Shown here piece by piece: positions 28,583 to 38,174 of a DNA stretch of 64,000 bases. Made by a program: the position numbers and the translations under genes. Every line of letters begins with the position of its first letter. The first letter of the stretch is position 1. The notes below the pieces were generated by a model. It was not told the DNA's origin, ran no database searches, and worked only from the letters and a program-made list of their open reading frames with translations. The stretch is from Candidatus Woesearchaeota archaeon (GTDB lineage Archaea > Nanobdellota > Nanobdellia > Pacearchaeales > GW2011-AR1), in NCBI GenBank assembly GCA_964612895.1, contig CAZTFL010000001.1, positions 177,469 to 241,468 of the forward strand, in the 5' to 3' direction.

Positions 28583-28802
28583 CTAATGTATATCCTAATT
28601 CTTGTAAGTCTTTATTTGGAATAGAATATGACCCCTTAAATATATACTCCGCTCCTCTTTCTGTTTTTATAAAAGGTTCAATATTAATTTTAATTTGTTG
28701 ATAAGTTGGTTTCATTGTAGAACACGATATTAACATAGATAAACCAGTAGATAATATAGAAATATTTTTAATTGTAGATTTTAATTTTTCTTTTAAACTC
28801 AT
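28521..28802 (-). CDS. Lipoprotein-like small protein
   Basis: Signal peptide with LISC lipobox-like motif. It overlaps the next ORF by 62 nt in another frame. Confidence 0.35.
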   Translation of the reverse strand: MSLKEKLKSTIKNISILSTGLSMLISCSTMKPTYQQIKINIEPFIKTERGAEYIFKGSYSIPNKDLQELGYTLGEGELCSVNGYLFNYKDSII

Positions 28803-28933
28803 TTTCTTTTATTAATCTTTTTACTACTATAGAGTTTGTAATGATCTATTTAAATGTTTACATTAATGACACTAAAGAATGGTTACAAATAGTATGTATT
28901 TGATTAAAAAATCTTATTATCTAAATTGTTGTA

Positions 28934-29215
28934 TTAGATTATTGTAAATAATTTATCGTCATGAACATTAAATACTTTTAATCTAACTCCAGAGTCTATC
29001 CATCCATGTGAATAGTTTAAAGCTGCAAAACAATTTACCCAATCTCCTTTAGAAAAAAAATGATGAGCATCTGAAATATAATTGGTAGCCATTTCTATTA
29101 TTTCTTTAGCATCAATTTCTTTACCCGAAAAAATATTTTTTTTTACCTCTTCTAATGCTCTTTCAGTTAAATTAAAATATTTCACTATCTTTTTTTTATT
29201 GATTCTATTTTTCAA
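28934..29215 (-). CDS. Hypothetical 93-aa protein (small helical, archaeal DUF-like)
   Basis: ORF; last gene of a 3-gene minus-strand operon. Confidence 0.35.
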   Translation of the reverse strand: MKNRINKKKIVKYFNLTERALEEVKKNIFSGKEIDAKEIIEMATNYISDAHHFFSKGDWVNCFAALNYSHGWIDSGVRLKVFNVHDDKLFTII

Positions 29216-29216
29216 T

Positions 29217-29888
29217 TTATGAATTTCTCCCTCTTTTAATTATAAAACTTGAACCAATCATGGATGAATTAATTCCATAAATATTTAAATCATTAATTTG
29301 AAAATTAAAAGGACCTTCTATTAAAGGAATATGAGAATCCTGAGAAAATTGTTCTATTATTTCTTGTATTTCAATTTGTGATAAAACAATTTTAGTTATT
29401 TGTTTGACTCCTCTTTTAATTACAGAAATTTCTTGATTTACGCCAGGACATTGAATAATATTAATCATAGGATCAGCTAATAATGTATTAATCTTTCCAT
29501 ATCTTCTAATATTCTTTTTATTACTAATTAATCCACCAGGAATTCTTGAAAAACTTTCAGAAGACAACTTTAACGAGTAAGATGTCTTTGGAGGAATTTG
29601 TGATTCTACAATATCAGAATTAACTTTTTGTATAATATTCAAACTTTCTTTATTAATTTCATCTGATATATCTGAATCTATGCTATCATGTAAATTAATC
29701 AAATTAATTAATCCTTCTTGTTTTATAGCTATGGCTTCCATTAGTTCATTAGATAGTTTCAAAACTAAATCGGAACTTAATATTTCAGAATTTTCTATAT
29801 TAAAAATTTTTTTTTGAATTGTAATTAAAATAGATTTAGTAAATTTTTTTATAAAATCCAAATTAATAAAGTTTATATCTTCCATCAT
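29217..29888 (-). CDS. Hypothetical 223-aa protein
   Basis: 4-nt start/stop overlap (ATGA) with the upstream gene; no motif recognised. Confidence 0.4.
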   Translation of the reverse strand: MMEDINFINLDFIKKFTKSILITIQKKIFNIENSEILSSDLVLKLSNELMEAIAIKQEGLINLINLHDSIDSDISDEINKESLNIIQKVNSDIVESQIPPKTSYSLKLSSESFSRIPGGLISNKKNIRRYGKINTLLADPMINIIQCPGVNQEISVIKRGVKQITKIVLSQIEIQEIIEQFSQDSHIPLIEGPFNFQINDLNIYGINSSMIGSSFIIKRGRNS

Positions 29889-30448
29889 ATCTGTGGTAAA
29901 GGCCTAGGTTTATCACTAAATTGCATTGATTCAGGAGCATTATTCATTTGATTTGAATTTTGTTGAATATTATTTTGTTGTTTTAATTGATTTAAATTAT
30001 TAGAATTAATTTTATCTGGTTGTTTTGTAATTTTATTTTGTTCATAATTATTCGGATTTGCAGATTGTGGAGGAAATTTCATCTGTCTCTTAAATTGATC
30101 TTCCATTAAAACAAGTCCCTTAGCAATTGTTTTATTTTGTTCTAATAAAGAATCTATTTTATTTACAACATGTCCATCTATTTGTTTTTCACTTTTAGCA
30201 AGATTTTTTGCAGATTCTTCAAAAATAATTAATAATTTTGAGATATTTTGAGATAATTCACTAAATTTTATAGATAAATTAGTCATAGCATTTTGTAAAT
30301 TAACAAAATTTTCTATAAACACTTTTTCATTATAAACAATTCCTTTAACTGGTTTATTATTAGAAGAAACATTATTAATATTCTTTTTTACATCCGAAAG
30401 TGTTTTTTTATTTTTAGAATTGCTAATTTTTCCCTCTTTTTTTACCAT
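29885..30448 (-). CDS. Hypothetical coiled-coil protein with a Q/N-rich C-terminus
   Basis: Heptad-like central region; NQLKQQNNIQQNSNQMNN tail. Confidence 0.4.
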   Translation of the reverse strand: MVKKEGKISNSKNKKTLSDVKKNINNVSSNNKPVKGIVYNEKVFIENFVNLQNAMTNLSIKFSELSQNISKLLIIFEESAKNLAKSEKQIDGHVVNKIDSLLEQNKTIAKGLVLMEDQFKRQMKFPPQSANPNNYEQNKITKQPDKINSNNLNQLKQQNNIQQNSNQMNNAPESMQFSDKPRPLPQI

Positions 30449-30562
30449 ATAAAAGTAAGAATTTTATACTTTATAAACTTTCTTTGAATCAATATTAAAT
30501 TGTCTAATTGACGTTAGTTATAGATAAATAAAAATTTTAATTACAAAAAATTATCTTTAAGT

Positions 30563-31354
30563 TTATAATGGCTTATTGTTATTAACTATTAGATTTAAAT
30601 GATGTTTTGAAATTAAAACTTTCATGCTTTCTGTGTTATTAAATGGATAAACTACGCAACCATCAATAGCAATACAACCACCATAATTTCTTTTAGATAA
30701 AACTGAAAAATTATCAAAATCTATTTCTCCTTTGAAAATACTAGGTTTAAATAATTTTCCAAAGAATGGTTCCCTAATTATAAATTTTATTTTTTCGTCA
30801 TAATAATTGAATTTTTCTCCTCCTGCCGAAGAGTACCAAGCAGTACTTCCATTTCCAGTTGATATTAAAATTCCTGAGCTTCTTTGTTCTTCCATTTTTC
30901 CATTATAATTTATAATATACCTAGAAGTATGAAATTGATTTTCACATCCAACATAGACTTCATTTAAAAATAATTCTTCTACTTCCTTTCCGTTTAGTAT
31001 GATTCCTCCACGAACAATTTTCTTTATTTTATAATTTCCGTTGAAAATATCTTCAATGTAATCAAGATCATCACATAGCATAGCTCCTTCGCTACTTTTT
31101 ATGTCTGAATTTATAGCTAAAATTAAATTATCTTTAATAAAATGCGAAACTCTTATTAAAACCCCATCTCCTCCAATTGTTATTATTAAATCTCTTTCAA
31201 TAAAAAAATTTTTTGAGATATCGGAATAATAAATCCAAGAATATTTAATATTATTTTTATCTAAAAATGATTTTAATTTAGACACAGATTTTATATGTTC
31301 ATCACTATTTTTAATACTTTCAATAATTAAAACATTTTTAAATTTCATGAACAT
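30563..31354 (-). CDS. nadK: NAD+ kinase
   Basis: GGDG motif (ITIGGDGVLIRVS), NE/D short motif, 263 aa. Confidence 0.75.
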   Translation of the reverse strand: MFMKFKNVLIIESIKNSDEHIKSVSKLKSFLDKNNIKYSWIYYSDISKNFFIERDLIITIGGDGVLIRVSHFIKDNLILAINSDIKSSEGAMLCDDLDYIEDIFNGNYKIKKIVRGGIILNGKEVEELFLNEVYVGCENQFHTSRYIINYNGKMEEQRSSGILISTGNGSTAWYSSAGGEKFNYYDEKIKFIIREPFFGKLFKPSIFKGEIDFDNFSVLSKRNYGGCIAIDGCVVYPFNNTESMKVLISKHHLNLIVNNNKPL

Positions 31355-31381
31355 ACTTATAATTAATTTATATTATGGAAA

Positions 31382-31453
31382 CGGGCTCGGGAAGATTCGA
31401 ACTCCCATCAACAGGGCCGAAACCTGGTATTCTATCCTTTGAACTACGAACCC
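31382..31453 (-). tRNA. tRNA-Arg (anticodon TCG), 72 nt, no encoded CCA
   Basis: Cloverleaf folded by hand: acceptor GGGTTCG/CGAGCCC, D-arm GTTC..GAAT, anticodon loop TTTCGGC, T-arm GGGAG-TTCGAAT-CTTCC. There is one C-T mismatch at the base of the anticodon stem. Confidence 0.7.
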
Positions 31454-31605
31454 ATATTTAGTATAATCAAAAACACTTTATAAAAATGATGGATTACAAT
31501 TTATTTTTTATTTTATGAATTGTTTATAATAGTTATAACTTAGGAATTACAGAAATAGTGATAGTAACTATTTTAAATATATTTTGTCGTTTCTTAATAT
31601 CCTAA

Positions 31606-34413
31606 ATGGCAGATAAAATTGAAATTCTAGGAGCAAGAGAACATAATCTGAAAAATATAGACTTGTCTCTACCAAAAAATAAATTGATTGTTTTTACTGG
31701 ACTTTCTGGTTCTGGAAAGTCAACTTTAGCATTTGATACACTTTATGCTGAAGGTCAAAGAAGATATGTTGAAAGTTTGAGTGCTTATGCAAGACAATTT
31801 TTGGGAATGATGAACAAACCAGATGTTGATTCTATAGAAGGATTAAGCCCTGCAATATCAATAGAACAAAAAACTACTTCTAAAAATCCTCGTTCAACAG
31901 TTGGGACAGTCACTGAAATTTATGATTATTTAAGATTACTATTTGCTCGTATAGGAATTCCGTACTGCCCAGAACATAATATTCCAATAAATTCTCAAAC
32001 ACCAAATGAAATTATACAAAAAATTGATAAAAAATATAAAAAAAATATTACGATATTAGCTCCTATAATCAGACATAAAAAAGGGAGTTATGAACAATTA
32101 TTCAAAGATTTAAATAAAGCTGGATATATAAGAGTAAGAGTAAATGGAGAAATTTTAAGAACTGATGAACAAATAACTTTAACAAGATATAAACAACATG
32201 ATATAGAAGTAATTATAGATAGAATAGATATTAATGATAAAGTTAGATTATCGGAATCTATTGAAAATGCTTCTTTGATGAGTGAAGGGTTAGTTATAAT
32301 TAATGGTGATGAGGGAGAAGATATGTTTTCAACAAAAATGGCATGTCCTATATGTGGAACATATTTTGAAGAATTACAACCAAGAATGTTTAGTTTTAAT
32401 TCACCATTCGGGGCTTGTGAGGGATGTAATGGATTAGGTGTAAAAATTAATTTTGATTCAGAAATGATAATTCCAGATAAAACGAAATCAGTAATTGATG
32501 GAGCAATAAAAGTTTATGGAAGAATGGAAAAAACTTGGAGAATGCAACAATTACAAATTATTGGAAAACATTGTGGTTTTGATTTATTTACTCCAATAGA
32601 AAAATTTTCAGAAGATGCTTACAAAAAATTAATGTACGGATGCAAAGAATCAATAAAAGGTTATTGGGAAAATGGAGCAATGATGAATTTTAAAGAAGGA
32701 TGGGAAGGACTAATCCCGCAACAAGAAAGATTATATAAAGAAACAACATCCGATTATAGAAAAAAAGAATTAGAAAAATTCATGAGTTCTTCAGAATGTA
32801 ATGTTTGTCATGGAAATAGATTAAAAGAAAAAATTTTGAATGTAAAAATAAATAATAAAAATATTATTGAACTAACAAATATGTCAATAAAAGATTCTAT
32901 AATATTTTTTAAAAATTTAAAATTAAATAATAAAGAAGAGTTAATTGCAAAACAAATTCTTAAAGAAATAAATGATAGATTAACTTTCTTACAAAATGTA
33001 GGGTTGGGATATTTAAATTTATCAAGAAATGCCGGAACGCTCTCTGGAGGAGAATCTCAAAGAATTCGTTTAGCAACGCAAATCGGTTCTAATTTATCTG
33101 GAGTTTTATATGTTTTAGATGAACCTTCTATTGGATTACATCAAAGAGATAATCATAGATTAATAGAAACATTACATAAATTAAGAGATTTAGATAATAC
33201 ACTTATTGTAGTTGAACACGATGAAGATACAATAAAAAATGCAGATTATGTAGTTGATATTGGTCCAGGTGCTGGTATTCATGGAGGAACAATTGTTGCT
33301 CAAGGGACTCCAGAAGAAATATCAAAATGTGAGAAGTCACTAACTGGGAAGTATTTATCTGGAAAAGAATTTGTTAGTATTCCTAGAATTAGAAGAAAAG
33401 GAGGACTTCCTATAAAAATAATAGGATGTCAGGAACATAACTTGAAAAATATTGATATTTCTATTCCTACAAAATGTCTAACATTAGTTACAGGAGTATC
33501 TGGATCTGGAAAATCAACTTTGGTTAATGAAATTTTATATAAAGGTTTATCAAAAAAAATATATAATTCTAAAGATCAACCAGGGAAACATAAAGAAATT
33601 ATAGTAGAAGATTCTCAGATAGATAAAGTAATTGTAATAGATCAATCTCCAATCGGGAAAACGCCAAGAAGTAATCCAGCAACTTATATAGGAGTTTTTG
33701 ATGAAATACGAATGTTATTTTCTATGACAAAAGAAGCAAGAAATAGAGGATATAAACAGGGAAGATTTAGTTTTAATGTAAAAGGTGGAAGATGTGAGAA
33801 ATGTAACGGAGACGGAACTATAAAAATAGAAATGAACTTTCTGCCTGATGTTTATATTGAATGTGAAGAATGTCATGGAAGAAGATATAATAAAGAAACT
33901 TTAAATATAAAGTATAAAGGATTTAATATTGCAGAAATTTTAGAAATGAGTGTTGATGAATCTGTAAAAATATTTGAAAATATTCCTGGTATTTTCAGAA
34001 AATTACAAACTTTGCAAGCTGTAGGATTGGGATATATAAAATTAGGACAAAGTTCAACAACACTTTCTGGAGGAGAATCTCAGAGAATTAAATTAACAAA
34101 AGAATTAGCAAAAAGATCTACTGGAAAGACTCTTTATTTATTAGATGAACCAACAACTGGACTACATCCTCATGATATAAAAAAATTATTATCTGTTATG
34201 AATGAATTAGTAAAAGTAGGAAATACAATGGTTGTTATAGAACATAATTTAGATGTAATAAAATGTGCAGATTGGATAATAGATCTTGGACCAGAAGGTG
34301 GAGAAGAAGGGGGAAATATTGTATTTCAAGGAACACCTGAAGATATCATAAAATGTGAAGAAAGTTGGACAGGAAAATATTTAAAAAGTGAATTTGAGAA
34401 AGAAAAAAAATGA
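31606..34413 (+). CDS. uvrA: Excinuclease ABC subunit A
   Basis: Two ABC cassettes (GLSGSGKST / GVSGSGKST, LSGGESQRI x2), zinc-finger Cys clusters; 935 aa. Confidence 0.9.
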   Translation: MADKIEILGAREHNLKNIDLSLPKNKLIVFTGLSGSGKSTLAFDTLYAEGQRRYVESLSAYARQFLGMMNKPDVDSIEGLSPAISIEQKTTSKNPRSTVGTVTEIYDYLRLLFARIGIPYCPEHNIPINSQTPNEIIQKIDKKYKKNITILAPIIRHKKGSYEQLFKDLNKAGYIRVRVNGEILRTDEQITLTRYKQHDIEVIIDRIDINDKVRLSESIENASLMSEGLVIINGDEGEDMFSTKMACPICGTYFEELQPRMFSFNSPFGACEGCNGLGVKINFDSEMIIPDKTKSVIDGAIKVYGRMEKTWRMQQLQIIGKHCGFDLFTPIEKFSEDAYKKLMYGCKESIKGYWENGAMMNFKEGWEGLIPQQERLYKETTSDYRKKELEKFMSSSECNVCHGNRLKEKILNVKINNKNIIELTNMSIKDSIIFFKNLKLNNKEELIAKQILKEINDRLTFLQNVGLGYLNLSRNAGTLSGGESQRIRLATQIGSNLSGVLYVLDEPSIGLHQRDNHRLIETLHKLRDLDNTLIVVEHDEDTIKNADYVVDIGPGAGIHGGTIVAQGTPEEISKCEKSLTGKYLSGKEFVSIPRIRRKGGLPIKIIGCQEHNLKNIDISIPTKCLTLVTGVSGSGKSTLVNEILYKGLSKKIYNSKDQPGKHKEIIVEDSQIDKVIVIDQSPIGKTPRSNPATYIGVFDEIRMLFSMTKEARNRGYKQGRFSFNVKGGRCEKCNGDGTIKIEMNFLPDVYIECEECHGRRYNKETLNIKYKGFNIAEILEMSVDESVKIFENIPGIFRKLQTLQAVGLGYIKLGQSSTTLSGGESQRIKLTKELAKRSTGKTLYLLDEPTTGLHPHDIKKLLSVMNELVKVGNTMVVIEHNLDVIKCADWIIDLGPEGGEEGGNIVFQGTPEDIIKCEESWTGKYLKSEFEKEKK

Positions 34414-34437
34414 ATACAAAGATTTTATAAATACATT

Positions 34438-35040
34438 ATGTCAATAAATAATATGAAAAAAGGTGTATTATTGATATTCTTGTCTATTTTATTCTTTAAT
34501 TTTATTTTAGCTGAGGAAATTTATGATATTAATAATGTTAATCTCTCTAACTTATCTCAGGAAGAAATTCAAGAATTAATGAATGAATATGAGATATCAC
34601 AAAAAGATATTCAAGAATATGTTTCTGAAGAAAATTTACAAATTGAAGATTTTAATTATTCTCAGATTTCTTGTGATGTTATAAAAGATTTTATCAATCC
34701 TGAAATAGTTGGAATAGAAATTCCTGAACAAGTCCCTATTTCAAATGAAATAATTGCATTATATATAGATGAAAAACATATTGGAAATGTAGTTATAGAA
34801 GAAAGTATTATAAAAGAATTTTCTTGTAGTGAAAATGAAAGTACATATAATTTATATGTAACAAAAAAATTCGTTTCTGATGCTTCAAAAATAAAAGATA
34901 TTGAAATCTCAAAAATAATTGATTTTTATAAAGAGAACAAAAAATCTGGTGATATAAAAATAAAAGCTACTGGAATTATTAGAAATATTAAACTATTTGT
35001 ATTAAATATTGGATTATCAATGTCTAAATTGTTTTTTTAA
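34438..35040 (+). CDS. Secreted acidic protein
   Basis: Signal peptide, E/D/I-rich. Confidence 0.4.
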   Translation: MSINNMKKGVLLIFLSILFFNFILAEEIYDINNVNLSNLSQEEIQELMNEYEISQKDIQEYVSEENLQIEDFNYSQISCDVIKDFINPEIVGIEIPEQVPISNEIIALYIDEKHIGNVVIEESIIKEFSCSENESTYNLYVTKKFVSDASKIKDIEISKIIDFYKENKKSGDIKIKATGIIRNIKLFVLNIGLSMSKLFF

Positions 35041-35154
35041 AATATACTACATCCTTAATAATTTTTAATATTTATTTCTTAGATTTCTTTATGTAGTTCC
35101 TATGGAATAGTCACAAATGGTAAGGTTTAAAAACCTACTAATTATTATATTCTT

Positions 35155-35427
35155 ATGACAATCAAATACGAGAAACCTAAAGATTATACAAGTGTAATAA
35201 TGACAATAGCTAGTCCATTACAAGGAATTCCTATAATGGATACAAAAACTGGAACTACTGGAAATTTAGAAAGAATAATTGTTCCAAAAATATCCAATAG
35301 TATTCGATCTGCTTTTTTAAATTCAGAAGCAATTGTAATATATAATGGATTTGAGCAAAAAGAACCTCTTACAGAATTAATAAAAAGATATAATATATTC
35401 TGCCCAGATAGATATGTAACATTTTAA
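35155..35427 (+). CDS. Hypothetical 90-aa protein
   Basis: ORF only. Confidence 0.3.
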   Translation: MTIKYEKPKDYTSVIMTIASPLQGIPIMDTKTGTTGNLERIIVPKISNSIRSAFLNSEAIVIYNGFEQKEPLTELIKRYNIFCPDRYVTF

Positions 35428-35478
35428 AATACTTTTTTATATATAAATCCTTAAAAAATACATTCTATTTTCTTAGAT

Positions 35479-37203
35479 ATGAAAAAAGAAATACTTGATT
35501 TTATATCTAAATTTGATTTAAATCCATTTAATTCATCTAAAACTTTAATAAAAAAAGAGAAGGAATCTATTTTCAAAACAAATGATGCAAAAAAAATTCA
35601 TACAAAAGTAATCGAAAAATTATCTAATAATTTTATTTTTAAAGAAACATCAAATATATGGAATTTTTTCGATTTTACAGATAATTTTAATGAAATAAAA
35701 GAAAGGCAATCTTTTTTTTTAACGCTTGAAAAAAGAGATAATTCTTTTTTATCAGAAATTAAAAGAAATAAACAAACTTGGTATCCCGAATATGAAATTG
35801 TAGTTGTTACAGAAAATGAAAGTACATTTATAGAATTACAAAAATTAAATTGTGATGTTCAAATAATAATTAATGAAAATGATTTAAGCAATTTAGAAAA
35901 ATATGATGTTATTCAAATTATAGATTGCGAAAATTTTTATTCAATATTAGAAAAATTACCACAAAGTGTATTTATTAATGATATATCAGATATTTATTTA
36001 GAAAGATATCTAGAATTACTATCTTCTTGGAAGAATAATTTTCTTATACTAAATAAAAACTACAATAATAATAGTAGAATAAGAGAAATTTTAGACATAT
36101 TAAATCCACTTTTTAAACTAATTGATTTTAAATTAAATAAAATATTTACCATTGAAGATGTTGAATCAAAAGTTGAAGAGATAAATGAAAAAATAAATGA
36201 AAAAATAAAATATATGACAATTACTGGTGAATCTTTAATAAAAATATTAAATGAAGGAAAAATACCTGACTCATTAAAACAAATCATAGAAGAATTTTTA
36301 GATACTACAAATTTACCACGTAATATATTTAATTTAAAGATACCATTACAAATAGATTATTTAGAATTAGAAAATGAAATAAAAAAAAGAAGTTCAGAGC
36401 AATTTACTAATTTATCTGAAATGATAAAAAGAAATGCTGAAGAATTAAAAAAAATTCCCTATTTATTAAACGAGCTTCAATCATTAATATTATTTGAAGA
36501 TTTCTCATTAGGTGTGTCAAAATTAATATCAGATAGGCATAATTTCCCATATCTCTCTGAAAATTTACATATGGAATCATCCGAAAACTTATTTCTAGAA
36601 CATCCACAACCAATAGATTTTCAACTCGATAAATTTAATAAATGTTCCATTTTAACTGGAGCAAATAGTGGAGGTAAAACTACTTTATTGGAACATATAA
36701 TTCAAAATATTAGTTTATTTCAATTAGGATTACCATTAATAGGGAATGTTCATCTTCCAATTTTTACAGAAATTTATTATTTTGCAAAGAATAAAGGAAG
36801 TCCTAATAAGGGAGCATTTGAAACATTATTAACAGAAATGTCGAAAATAAAACCTGGAGAAAGAACAATTGTATTAGCAGATGAAATAGAATCAGTAACA
36901 GAACCTGGAATAGCAGGAAAAATTATTGCAGCAACTTGTGAATTTTTTATTAAAAAAAATTGTTTTTTAGTAATTGCAACACATTTAGGATATGAAATTC
37001 AGGTATGCCTTCCTCAATTAACAAGAGTTGATGGAATTGAAGCAAAAGGATTAGATGAAAACTTTAATTTAATAGTAAATCATAATCCTGTAATGGGAAG
37101 ATTAGCACATTCAACTCCAGAATTAATTATTGAAAAAATGAGTAAAACATTTAATGAGGAATATTTTAAATTCTTAGATAGTAAAATAAAAAACAATCAA
37201 TAA
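35479..37203 (+). CDS. MutS-family ATPase with domain V only (MutS2-like, no mismatch-binding or Smr domain)
   Basis: TGANSGGKTTLLE Walker A, ETLLTEM, VLADEIESVTEP (DEIGRGT-like), IATHLGYE (ATH motif); N-terminal 350 aa unrelated and K/N-rich. Confidence 0.55.
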   Translation: MKKEILDFISKFDLNPFNSSKTLIKKEKESIFKTNDAKKIHTKVIEKLSNNFIFKETSNIWNFFDFTDNFNEIKERQSFFLTLEKRDNSFLSEIKRNKQTWYPEYEIVVVTENESTFIELQKLNCDVQIIINENDLSNLEKYDVIQIIDCENFYSILEKLPQSVFINDISDIYLERYLELLSSWKNNFLILNKNYNNNSRIREILDILNPLFKLIDFKLNKIFTIEDVESKVEEINEKINEKIKYMTITGESLIKILNEGKIPDSLKQIIEEFLDTTNLPRNIFNLKIPLQIDYLELENEIKKRSSEQFTNLSEMIKRNAEELKKIPYLLNELQSLILFEDFSLGVSKLISDRHNFPYLSENLHMESSENLFLEHPQPIDFQLDKFNKCSILTGANSGGKTTLLEHIIQNISLFQLGLPLIGNVHLPIFTEIYYFAKNKGSPNKGAFETLLTEMSKIKPGERTIVLADEIESVTEPGIAGKIIAATCEFFIKKNCFLVIATHLGYEIQVCLPQLTRVDGIEAKGLDENFNLIVNHNPVMGRLAHSTPELIIEKMSKTFNEEYFKFLDSKIKNNQ

Positions 37204-38114
37204 GTTAATATCTCGGGAGGAACGCTAATCCCAGATTGTGCCAATACTTTTAAAACAGGAATTTTCGTATTACAAATTTTTCCGTCTTTTTCGTATGTAA
37301 CAAAACATTTTGATTTAACTAAAGCTTCTCTTAAACTATTTGAATAATAATCCTCAATTACAACATTCTCTAATTTTCCTAATATTCCAGTTTTCTTACA
37401 TAATTTAACATCTTTACCAACTAAATCAACAAAAATATTTTTTATCAATGATTCATAATTTGTAAAATATTTAATATCCGAAATTCCACTATTTCCAACA
37501 TCTATTCTATTATTCCAAATGTTATAAGAGTCATATATTTCATTTTCGTCTCTTTTGAAAATTAAATTTTGAGCTTCTTTTCCATTCAAAGATAGTCCTC
37601 TAGTATAAGCATAAAAACCGTTTGCCATAATGATATCAAGTTTTTTTTCAGATAATGTATCAAAATTATAGGATAAATCTCCATTCTTTGAATTTCTCAT
37701 ATCTAAAATCAAATCTAAATCTAGTCCATGTAAATCCAATTTTTCTTTTCCAAAATCTCCATAAAAAACTCCAATACTCTTTCCATCTAATTTGAAAGAA
37801 ACTCCAGTATGTTCTTTATAACTTATTATGCTTTTACCTTGATGAAATATAGGAATTCCTGTATAAAAATGATTTAAATAAGAAAATCCTCCTGGTAAAA
37901 TTAAACAATTTGTATTTTTGGACATATTTGAAAATTTTTGAATTAACTCAGAATCTAATAATAATGGAGAATTTTCATTTAATTGATAATGTAACAAGGC
38001 TCCTCCTGGTCCAAAAACTATAGAACCAGAATTTTTTTTTGAAGAATAATCCATTTTTTCAATTAAATCATTACCACCGAAGGAATGGTGATTAATTGCA
38101 ATTACTTTTACCAT
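37197..38114 (-). CDS. Hypothetical 305-aa protein
   Basis: ORF; convergent 7-nt overlap with the MutS-like gene. Confidence 0.4.
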   Translation of the reverse strand: MVKVIAINHHSFGGNDLIEKMDYSSKKNSGSIVFGPGGALLHYQLNENSPLLLDSELIQKFSNMSKNTNCLILPGGFSYLNHFYTGIPIFHQGKSIISYKEHTGVSFKLDGKSIGVFYGDFGKEKLDLHGLDLDLILDMRNSKNGDLSYNFDTLSEKKLDIIMANGFYAYTRGLSLNGKEAQNLIFKRDENEIYDSYNIWNNRIDVGNSGISDIKYFTNYESLIKNIFVDLVGKDVKLCKKTGILGKLENVVIEDYYSNSLREALVKSKCFVTYEKDGKICNTKIPVLKVLAQSGISVPPEILTY

Positions 38115-38174
38115 AAAGGTATTGTTATGTAATAGATTTTTAAATTTTTCTATTGTTGTTATTTTTTAGTACTA

